Made by a program: the position numbers and the translations under genes. A stretch of 63,945 bases of DNA, the filler included, from Trypethelium eluteriae (taxonomy: Eukaryota): NCBI GenBank assembly GCA_051942245.1. It is 4 parts of 4 records of this genome, joined end to end, with 100 filler letters (N's around TTAATTAATTAA, not from the genome) between each part and the next. Parts side by side here need not be neighbours in the genome. Positions count along the whole stretch, not along the records: positions 51,683 to 63,945 come from JAVECL010000777.1; 3 more parts are not named here. One strand, written 5' to 3'. Positions 51,997 through 62,065 of this stretch are shown in pieces (the stretch's first letter is position 1; the number at the start of each line of letters is the position of its first letter). The notes below the pieces were generated by a model, which was given only the letters and a program-made list of their open reading frames with translations, made no database searches and had not been told where the DNA came from.

Positions 51997-52506
51997 CTAC
52001 TGCCTCACTCGACGTCCAGAACCTCCTATTGCATAGGAATGATCTGGAGTTTCTTGCTCGTACCCCCTCCTCAACTCAGCTAGGTGTCCAAAATGCGGCC
52101 ACAACAACGTAACAGGAAAGGAAAAGTGCAGAAAATCCAGATCTGATGGAATTATCTGCGGTGCTACACTTCTGATCATTATAGCTGAAGAATTGGGTGG
52201 AGTGAGTTTTCTTATATCGGGCGACCTTTCCAAGCTAACAAGGTCCTTCAAGGTATGATCACTGAAGTGAGGAGCATAACTTTTACGACGATTTGAATTT
52301 CTCATTTGGTCATATCTTATATGCAGTTCAGACCCGTTTTTCTCGAGTCAATCGTCATCCTTGAGGGATTGTTGAAGTATTTACCGCTTGCGCTCGGGAA
52401 CTGCCAGATCGTCTTCCTGAACACCACTTTATGGAAGCCCGTCAACAGACTCGGTCCGTACAAACGAGGCTTGAGAAAGAAAGACATCATGCCAAGCATC
52501 AAACAT
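51997..52506 (-). pseudogene. Possible gene relic with three in-frame stops
   Basis: One frame reads MFDAWHDVFLSQ..LP*SG..KR*IL..DD*LEK.. directly into ORF 51997-52305. Each stop is a single transition from CAA or CGA/TGG. Confidence 0.3.
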
Positions 52507-52661
52507 ACAGGTAACAACTGGAAATGTTTCAACGATACATAGATAGGCGACCAGTGGTCGTTTCCCGCGATCTCAAAGACATCTACCTACCTACCTAAAT
52601 CTAGGTACGCATCGCATCTACACATAGGAAAATCTGCAGGGCTAGGCGAGAAGGTACGGTA

Positions 52662-52914
52662 CCTCTCCCTCCGACCAAAAAGTGATCGTTTTTGACACGC
52701 ACCTCCACACCTCAAGACCTCTCATCTCATCCATTTAGTGGCTCATCTGGCCATTTGCTTTGCGAAATTTGTGCACTCTATTACAGTAGATATCATATGT
52801 ATTTTTAAGCTACTTTTACTACATTTCCTCCTTCTACAAACGCTTAGGTTGCTGTCATTATTTGTCATTGGTCTGCGTGTCAAAAACGGTCACTCTTTGG
52901 TCGGAGGGAGAGGG
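52662..52914. mobile_element. MITE, Tc1/mariner type, 253 bp
   Basis: TIRs of about 40 bp (52662-52701 and 52874-52914; 2 transitions and 1 indel), TA on both sides (52660-52661, 52915-52916), AT-rich non-coding interior. Confidence 0.88.
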
Positions 52915-53698
52915 TACCTACCGAGGTAACGTCGGTCCGTATCGCTGCACGTGACTTCCTATGCGCCATTCGTATTGCGATTTCTTTACTCCATACTCTG
53001 CTCCATAGAGCTACCGACCAGCTACATTCCACTCTTCCACTCCTATCGCAAAAATTTCCTCACCCGAGCACGCTCGATCTCAAAAAGCAGCTATATTACC
53101 GTTTCAAACCAGGTCTTTGTGAGCTTCGAGTAGTAGTCACGGCACTTGGCCATGCTACAGCCTTAGCACCCCTTAAGTCTCGAACGCGCAATTACTCGGA
53201 ATTTAGGAAAGGTAAGGTATGCGACTTTCAAGTTGGATAGTTTTACCTAGATAACTCCCCTCCTTTGCTTTACTGTCATGTTTATATCACTTAAAGAATG
53301 CCCAAGTTTGTCGAAGACCAAGCCCTAGGTGCTGCAGAGCGCAAAATTCGAGAAGTCCTACTACATGACGTCTTTACTGATAATTAGGTACATGCACAGC
53401 ACGTCATCTCTAGTCATGACCAGTTACCCGTTCAGCGAACGCCGAGTGCACACTGAGCAAGTTCCAATGCTCCACGACCAGAAGTCACTTTCTCTACACC
53501 ACAGCGCGAAAGATAGCCGAGGGTCTCTCAAGGCAGTGTTGTCAAAGAGGAGGGCAGCCCTAATTGGAGCCTGAGCACTGTACGAGCTGCGAACGAGAGG
53601 ATGAAAGCACAAAGACAACAAAACTAGCATATACATCATCCGCAATGGGGAGCCCCAGCAGTTACAACGTGTAGCCGAGCGCGCTGTCAGAACGTACG

Positions 53699-55356
53699 CT
53701 ATGGTAGCTGAGACCTTTCGACTAAGAATCTCTGCACAAGACCATCATGGATGTCGTCTTCGTTGATCCAGGAATTATGCCCATCTCCGTAGCCTTTCCA
53801 CTTGACAAGATACTGTGTGATCCTCCTACGCTTACGGTTGCCCAGAGGGCGAACGCGCATCTCGAGTAGCTTCTCAACAAGATATTGACCGTCATCTGGA
53901 TCCACAGGCGGTAAACCATCATCCTCAGATGCTCCTGTGACACCGCATATGGGGCTCCCACCGTCCCTTCTCGTCGCCGATAGGCATCGGCATTGTTTTA
54001 AGGCTCGGTTACGGTCAGCGGACGGTGGCGCTATCACTCCTTCATTATGATACCGGGTGACATGGTTGTCTGAGGGAGCAGGCTTGTCCAGGAGGGACGC
54101 ATACTGGGCTCGCTGTCGCTTTGGCAATCGTGTCACATAATCGCTCTTACCATGAGCCTCTGAATTGGCTATGAGTGTGGGGACATTGACCCCTAGACAA
54201 AGCAATATCAGTAATGTTCTGGACGTACATTTGGCGGATGTTGGCCTTACGCCGCGTAAGTAAATCTTGACAAGATGACGCTTCCGTCTTCCGTACGGGA
54301 GTGGCCTCAGGATGCTGCGAGGACCCAATATCCATAGCCCAAGCGAGCGCCGGCTTCACAGACTTGTCTGCTGGCTGCTCTTGGGCCATGGCTGTATTGT
54401 CGATGCCGTTGGTGCAGCGGATATCCACGTCAGAACCGTCGCTGGCAACCTCGGTAGCGCTGAGCGGAGCATGATCAGCACCTCGCTCCGCCGTAGAGAG
54501 ACTGCTGCTTCGCCACCCCGGGACCAAGTCGCGAACGTGATCGCTCTGTTCTTGCACCACTATCGTCGGACCAAAGTCCTTACTGTTGTGAAGACCGCCC
54601 GCATCGCACTTGGTGGAGCCACGCCCTTCCCTCGTGGCAGTACTATGCGCCCTCCTCTTCATTGGCTCATCTAGGGCAGCTTGCCAAACATTACCTCGTC
54701 GGGGAGAAGACGGAGATGTGGATGTGTCTCTGGGTGTACGATCGCACGGCGTCTGGACAGCGCTGTCACCACTTGTTGAATCTTCACGGCACTTGCGATC
54801 ACTGATGCCACCAACCGACTGCGAGACGGGAGGATCCACGCCAACCACGGGCAAGGGCAAATGGCTATCGATGTGAGGTACATCGAACCAGGAATCAGCA
54901 CTGATAGCATTGCCCTTGCCTACAAACGTGATAGTGCTATCACTGCACGGTCTCGACGTGTCTATGAACTCCGTTAGCGCGTTGGATACGTAAGCCAGAC
55001 AGCAAAGAATGGTCCCAGGGACTTTCGCTGCGCAACCGGTAGAACCCTGGCCATTCACATCGCCATAAAGACTTGTCTAATCCTCCAGTGGGAACACCAA
55101 TTCAGGAAGTGTAGTTAGACCTACCTCCTATCGCTAGGGAGCCCTCATTGACAGCACCCTTCCCAAGAACCAACCCAGGGCTTTCATCAACACCAGTCAG
55201 ATCGATAGTCTGCACGCCTCGTAGGGCCTTGGAATTCCAACTTGTCTGAGCACGTCGTCGGCCGATTGTATCACAGCCGCCGCGAGCGGAAGCACTGTGA
55301 GTACCACGGGCGAGTGCTGTCACCGGCTCAGGCTGACTAGGGAAGTTATAAAGCAT
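53699..55356 (-). CDS. Chromodomain protein with long low-complexity N-terminus; possibly frameshifted
   Basis: C-terminal YLVEKLL..QYLVKWKGYGDGHNSWINEDDI. Upstream ORFs 54147-55058 and 55102-55356 have intron signals, but a frame change near 54240-54350 is unexplained. Confidence 0.7.
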
Positions 55357-57202
55357 TTTCCGGATCAAAAAGGTAGTGAAGGATAGGGCGGAAATAGCGA
55401 GAGAACTGCATGGCAAAGCCGACTTATATACCCAGAAACGACTATTGAGATCGAGACCCCTCCATAATATGCTTGTCGCGCCAGCTCAGGTGATGACCAC
55501 CTCGTCTTCTTGCCGTGGTCCCTCCTCCCAGCTCCCGTGGCGCCTCCAGTCCAGGCAGCATGGTCTCTCTCCATGGCCAAGAGGGACTGCAACCGCCACT
55601 TCCAAGGCCAAAGCCCACTTTCTGCCCCAACGCATGACGTTCGCGACGTGTGTAGAGGTGATTCGCGCAGACGGCACAGGCGGAATCCAGACGATCAATA
55701 TCCGAGATGAGGGGAAGCACCAGGAGGGTCTCCTAAACTGGGCTGAACGGATTCTTGCCCTGATGGGACTCACAGGCGTTGCCAAGTTTGGCAAGGATCA
55801 ATCTTAGAGTAGCTACATTGCAGGACGGAGTTGAGGGCTTTGTAAAACATACCCCACAGAGCAGTGCCCACGGTCAGGCTCTGCGCTATACCTTCTACAC
55901 CCCTATTATCAAAGCCCCTGGGTGGTGGACTCGCAGCGAATCGGGCAGATCCAGTTCCCACGGGCCAGCTTGAGTGCCGATGAGCAGAAAGGTGTCGTCT
56001 TCTATATTTCACCCTTATGATGAGATCCTGGCGAGTCTGCGACCTCCATCAAGGGACATTAGCCCTCGTAATACCAACTCTCCTCAACGTCACAGCGTGC
56101 TAGGCGCTACACCCTGGCCGTCGGCAGGTGCGTGGATTCCTAAGGCGGCCTCCCCAAAGGCGCGAGAACCGCGCCCTTCGCGGCCTGCATCGGATCGGTG
56201 TCACAGTGCACCGGCTCTTCCGGTAGATTCTCCACCAGTGTCAGCCAAACAGTCATTCCAACAGGCAGCTGGCCCACCAACAACGCTTGAAGCTGCGACT
56301 CCGCCCTGGCCACGCTCACCTCAGCCCACTCCAGCAGCGGCTTGAACGGTCTGTGCTTTATGCCGGTTGGATACACGCTCGGGAGGAGGCAACCATGATT
56401 GCATGGGTGGCGAACGCGGTGGGAGGGGGTGCGGCAGCTGTGCTGCTGCTCACGATTCGACAATGAGCAAGGCGGCACTGTAGCTGCATTGATAGCGCTG
56501 CAGCTGTGTCACGGGGGTAAGGACGACCCCTGAGCCGGCGGGTGGCGACGGCCCCAACAAGGCATCCGCGTGCGCCGTCCGAGGAGCGAGGGCAGCTGGC
56601 GTCGGCCGGACGAGGGGACCGCGAGCAACGAGGACCGAGGGCCGGCCGGGGGGGGGCACAGCAGGAGCTGAAGCTGAAGGATGGACAGGGCCGCGTCAGC
56701 GCCGTCCACGCCGCACTGCGTGTCAGTTGGATCAGGCCGAGGAGGGGAGGACCGGGACTGGGCACAGTCGGCCGGGAGGACGGCAGAAGGGCCAAAGAGA
56801 AAGGTGGGAGCGAGGGTGAAAGGCCAGGACGGACGGTCAGTTGGGGGGAAGGAGAGCTTTATAGACGTCAAAAGCGGCGCTGACGCGATACCGGGACGGG
56901 GCCCAGCGCAGGTGCAGGACTAGCCGGAAGGGGGCTGCATCCGGACCCGGGTTACCATCAACAATTTTTATCACCATTACCTGAGGGTGTTGTTGGCATC
57001 CTTACCATCACCTTATAGCCAATTCTGCTTCTCACTCAACGTCCTCACCCAGTTGAAAAACCTACTGCTCTACCGAAGTTTCCAATTGCACTACTTTTCC
57101 CTTTACCAGTACAAATTTTCTGATAGAAGACTCACTCTACGCTTAACTCTTTCACTTTCTATCCATCTACGTCAAAACTGAAGTCGAGATCGTCCAAACA
57201 GT

Positions 57203-58171
57203 ATGGACCAAACCCAATTGGTGAACACGATTCTTATCTGCCAATCATGCAACAGAAACATCGTGATGAGTGGAAAGAGTCAGTGGATTAACCCAGGCGA
57301 ATTGCTCCCAGGAGCGAAGAATCTGAACTATGTCACGTTTGTCAACTGTCATAGATGCTCATCCGCCGGAGCGAGAAGCACCCTGGATAAGTTTTTAGAT
57401 CAGAAATCCCAGGAGACCAAGGATTTGATCGAGAGAACGTATGCGACGGTGAATGCTGCATTTGGTCCGCCTACAATCATGCATTCGGAACGAAACCTCG
57501 AAAAAGTCAGTGACGTGGAGAAAATTGATATGCGCACACCACAACAGATATTGAATAAGGATCGAGCGGTTTATACCAGTGTAAAGACGATCGAGGAGAG
57601 TGACCCCATTACGAGCACCATTAAGATCCCAATCGTGGAAATGGGCTCTATTATGTCCCAAATGATCGGCCCGTACCAGGTTCTCAGCCTATGCTCAAAT
57701 CGGACTATACAGGCAGCAACGGATTTCATCTCTGCTGGGGAGCCGATGTCGCAGCCGGACCAGATTCTGCCTACACCATTTGACGTCGACACCATTCTCT
57801 ACTGCAGCAGTTGCTGGCGAAACGTCATCTTCACTGGTCCTTTCTCTATCTTCAAACTGGGAGATCATATCTTCTGCGGCCAGGCGATAAGTCTGATAGT
57901 GTTTACTTGCTGCAAGGGATGCTGGGACAAGCATGCACTCTCAGATCAAGCTATTTGGGAGAAGGCATTTAAAGATGTATGCCAAACGCCGGACGTAGTG
58001 GAAAGGACCAAGAACTATTTCAGCAGCATTGTGAGCAGGTACAGCGATAAAGAGCCTGGTGGTATTACTGTCGTCCCCAGAGAGGCTGTTATTAACAGAC
58101 TGAAATTTCACATGCCAATGTGGAGCTTGGTAGACGGCAAAAGATCACCTCCAGTCACAGACTTTATATAG
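57203..58171 (+). CDS. Orphan intronless protein with two CxxC-x32-CxxC repeats
   Basis: ATG-initiated 322-aa ORF with an internal duplication visible at protein level. Confidence 0.8.
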   Translation: MDQTQLVNTILICQSCNRNIVMSGKSQWINPGELLPGAKNLNYVTFVNCHRCSSAGARSTLDKFLDQKSQETKDLIERTYATVNAAFGPPTIMHSERNLEKVSDVEKIDMRTPQQILNKDRAVYTSVKTIEESDPITSTIKIPIVEMGSIMSQMIGPYQVLSLCSNRTIQAATDFISAGEPMSQPDQILPTPFDVDTILYCSSCWRNVIFTGPFSIFKLGDHIFCGQAISLIVFTCCKGCWDKHALSDQAIWEKAFKDVCQTPDVVERTKNYFSSIVSRYSDKEPGGITVVPREAVINRLKFHMPMWSLVDGKRSPPVTDFI

Positions 58172-58660
58172 CAGTGTTGAGAGCCAGTTTCACATTTTTC
58201 TAACTAACGAGTGGGTGAATATTTAAGGGGTGGGAAAGAAGCCTCTCGAATGATCATGAGCATATGGTGCCTCATGACAAAGAAAGAAGAAACTGACAAT
58301 GAAGTCTAAGTCCTATGAAGGAGGATATATGTGTAATGCTGTTTTCTCAATATCCATTCCACTCTTCTAAAATTAATACATTACTTCTGTAAAGTGGCGC
58401 GCCTGAAATATCGATCCATCTCGAAATTGCAAAGATCATGTGCGCCATAAATCGGATAAAACGTCCTTTGAATACGTACGAGACTGTGACTGTGATTATC
58501 TAACCTCTGGTCAACTGCATCCGTTCCCAAATCCAGCCCTGGAGATGTGCTTTACGCCCGTTGATTACTCAGATCCATCTGACTCACCATCTGGGTCGAC
58601 GATGCCTGGTATTTGGCCGTTCATGCGCAAACGACTTCCTCCTCACCGTTGCGCCGGACA

Positions 58661-59164
58661 TCAGCAGGGCCCCGTCCGTTCATTCTCCATTTGAATCCGC
58701 CAGAGGCGAAAATAACTGCGGAGCTCTAGATATGTGGTGTAGACGTCTTCAATTGAATCGCATAGCCGCTCGAGCAGGACGCTGCTGTGGAATGTGACAG
58801 TTTTTAAGGCGTTGAGAGCAAGCCTTGGTGCGACCTTTTCGAGCCGCCTAAGGTCTCCGCGGCGACCCATGATACTTGAGACCTTGATGATGATGGAGCG
58901 AAGTTCGCACGCCGTCATGATGTACGCCCGCCAGGTTCGACAGACCAGTTGTGTTTTCACAAGCGGCCATGATAATATTAGCCCAGCCGGCAGCCAGTCT
59001 ATGGCAAGAGAGCCGCGCGGATTATTTTGCCAGACCCAGCGGTACAGTTCAGCTTGACAGGTATGAGTGACGAAAGTGAAAATTATCTGGGAGATCTCTG
59101 GTGGGAAGTGATCGAACGAAGGTGGTGAAGCGACCGCTCTGTAGCAGGGGCGGGTCGTTAGCAA
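58661..59164 (-). CDS. F-box-like protein; start uncertain, possibly a pseudogene
   Basis: FDHFPPEISQIIFTFV ... LVCRTWR. A clear intron (GTAAGT..GCTAAC..TACAG) at about 59190-59140, but no in-frame ATG found in the upstream exon. Confidence 0.5.
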   Translation of the reverse strand: MLTTRPCYRAVASPPSFDHFPPEISQIIFTFVTHTCQAELYRWVWQNNPRGSLAIDWLPAGLILSWPLVKTQLVCRTWRAYIMTACELRSIIIKVSSIMGRRGDLRRLEKVAPRLALNALKTVTFHSSVLLERLCDSIEDVYTTYLELRSYFRLWRIQMENERTGPC

Positions 59165-60143
59165 ATGCGCGAAGCTGCAGGATTACTTACTGCGTGCAGC
59201 ACTTCTGGCTGCTGCGCTGCTGCTGCTGTCTAGAGAGGGGATGCTGGCTAAGGCGAGGCGCCTGAACGATGTGGCTGGCTTGATTCGGTGCCTGTGGTAA
59301 AGACATTGCCCGTGACTGGCAGTAGAGTGGATACGGTGGGAGCGAGAACAGATGAAGATAGGCGTTTATGTACTCCGTATCTGGTGGCTACCTAGATATG
59401 GAGCTGCTGAGACAAGCTATCGCCAAATTCTCTAGGCGGCACCAGATGAGCGGTCGAGTGATCGTGTAATGGCAGGAGCAACAGCGCTAGCCGCTTGCGG
59501 CTTAGGTAATACTGGGGGACACTACTTAGCTCTGACCCAAGTCATTCCTTTCCTATATAGTCCAGATCACTACAATACAATTGCTTCACCACACCGATTG
59601 CTTCTACAGATCGGGTGAAAATGGTGGTAGTGAGTTGGGGGGTTAGATGGGATGGACGCGATATCGTTAGTGCTCGCCGCAGGCTGAAAGCGAAGAACAA
59701 ATATATCCTCTTCGCGGCTTCAGGCTCTACAGATTCGGCTTCGTCAGTTTCTGAATTGATTGGCATGAGTCGCAAGGCTTGTAGCCGGCTTTCAAGCTGC
59801 TCACACCGTTTTAAGGAAGGTCCTTGCTTAGAACTGTTAGGAGTATGGGATGTAGCATGAGAAGGAGTACTATACAAGTTTAAGGGCCAAAGAAATTGAG
59901 TTACAGCTTGCATTTGAAGCTTCTGCGGTTGCTCTTTGTCTTCCCGCCGCTTCAACTTATCGCAAGCCAGCACACGGTATTGCTTGTCACGCCTTGAATA
60001 TGGATAATAACCTACTTATGATTGACGATGTAATTTATCTCTAGAAGTACTGATGAACTGAAAGAGTTATAAAAAGCCAAGAGGAAACCATCTTGAAGAG
60101 ACCATCAATAGGAGGCCGAAAGCACTACAACGGCGCAAAAGCT

Positions 60144-61395
60144 CTAATTACCATATAGCTTGACCTGATCACGATGTTCAGCGATCTCATCACCGTCCTC
60201 TCCTTCTCCTTCCTCCTTCTCCTCTTCCACCGGGGGGGGTTCATCGTGCATAGAAACATCTGAGCGCCCAACAGACAGACGAGACAGAGAGTAGCGACGC
60301 CCATGTCCTTGCTCCTCAGAGCGCGTAGAGCTAGACTCGACAGAAGAAGGAACCAGGGAAAGCATTGATTCAGTTATTTGTCCAGGGAGAGTCACAGTCT
60401 GCCATTCGTCCATCCGGAAATTAAAATGTTGACCTGGGCCTCCAGGACCTTCAAGGATTCGAAAAAGTGTATCTGGATCAATAATAAAGTAACTCATATT
60501 TCCGCGCCAATAATACTGAACTCCCTCTTCTGGGTAAAGTGAAACTTGCTCTAGACGAGTACAAGGGGACGTTGGGGTGCCAGGGGATCGCATAAGGGGA
60601 TTGCTGGGGGACTGTCCAGGCAACCTGCTGGGAGGCGGAGACTGGCCTACCAGGACATGACTCATTTTCCGGACTGTCCTAGGAGTTACAGTTCTGTTGC
60701 CGGTTGAGCGCTCAGCTGGTTGGGGCTGCTGGCGTCCTGAGGGCACCGAAGCTAATATATAGTTAGAATACTGTCTTGATAATTTGGTTTGCAACTCACA
60801 AAGGGTACAATCGCCCGCGGAGCCTCCGTAGACGCAATTGGAACATCCTCCTCCCCAGAATGATTTCCCACTGCTCTGTGGAGTGATACAATCCTCAAAG
60901 GGTCCGCTCTTATTGGCGCATTTCGCACATGGTATTTTGTTCTGGATACGAGCGCGAGAGGCGTGGCCCAACATCGCTGGCAAATATCCAGTATACTTGC
61001 CGGTATTAACGGCGCCACGATTCGGCCTGAAACTAAGCTCGTGATAGACCTCTAAATCTCCACTCTGATTAACAAATGGTAGCAGTGTTTCTCGAATAGA
61101 CCCCCCAGCCTCCAGTATTTGTTGCATATGCCGGACGGCCCAGCGTAAATCTTCTAGATTGGCGGGACGCTTAGGCTCGTTTGTGGTCTTGCCAGTAGTA
61201 TCGACTGTCAATTGTCAGACATTATAACACCAATTTGATTAGAATCTAACAGTTGAAAGAAATTTTATCTGGGGGCGTTTTTCGCTCTGAACCGCTGCCG
61301 TGCCTTCCACCTCTGCCACCGCTACTGCCATCGCTCCCGCCGCCTACTTCGATTGCGATAGAATCAGCAGACAAGGCTTCAGCAATAGTAGCCAT
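60144..61395 (-). CDS. DUF3716-like Cys-cluster protein
   Basis: IQ....PCAKC....GPFEDC..........GGCSNC.Y.....DC. Exon 1 from ATG 61395 splices in phase 1 (GTTAGA..CTGAC..CAG). A probable in-frame intron follows CTL. Acidic tail. Confidence 0.75.
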
Positions 61396-62065
61396 AATGG
61401 TCTCAGTACTTAAGAAGTCTTTGTACAAGAAGATACCGATAGTCAGGTTTATTAAGGGTAGAAAGGCTGCTGTATGGGTATATGAGAGTTGGTCTGAAGT
61501 GTAGGAAATAATGAATGGAACAAAGCAGGACTGCAGTTTTGAAGGTCATGTGCGGGGGTTGTGTTGTGAATGGATGTGTGTGTGAACGAAGAGTGAGTCG
61601 CGCGAATAGCCTAAAGCGATGACAGCGGGCTGAGATGTGCAGCTTTCAAGTATAGCCGCCAAAAGAGTGGATCAGGTAACGAAGTATAAGAGAAGCGTTG
61701 CTGTCACGATAGTGAGAATGTGCATAATTATTGCGTGATCTTGGGGAGACCTCAGTTCGCCTTTTAAGACCTATAGTGCTCACGTGATTGGGCGACAGGT
61801 ATCCATCCAAGTGTTATACGATCCTGGTCAAGCCTTGTTGATTGAGTGTCTGTGCTCGCTATTGGAGTAAGAACACATCAATGCTGGATGTCTAAAGTAA
61901 TCATGAATAAATTGAGAGATTCCTCGATCGTGGTGAAGACTGCTAGAATACCATCCCGTCGGGTGCACAGGGTGTGGAGTAGTCCCTCCTAAGGAAATAA
62001 GACTGCGAGCTATCTGAAGAGAGCGAAACAATGAGTGATTGGATTATATCAACTGCAGATACTGC

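Noticed and set aside
53662..53673. Second TTAC-N7-A as a possible partner Starship boundary
   Set aside because: Five specified bases are expected dozens of times in this window; no matching TIR or captain gene.
55376..56923. Many short overlapping ORFs, considered as a recombinase remnant
   Set aside because: No tyrosine recombinase motifs; open frames are explained by high GC.
59542..59973. 143-aa minus-strand ORF
   Set aside because: No ATG start or recognisable motif; cannot be supported.
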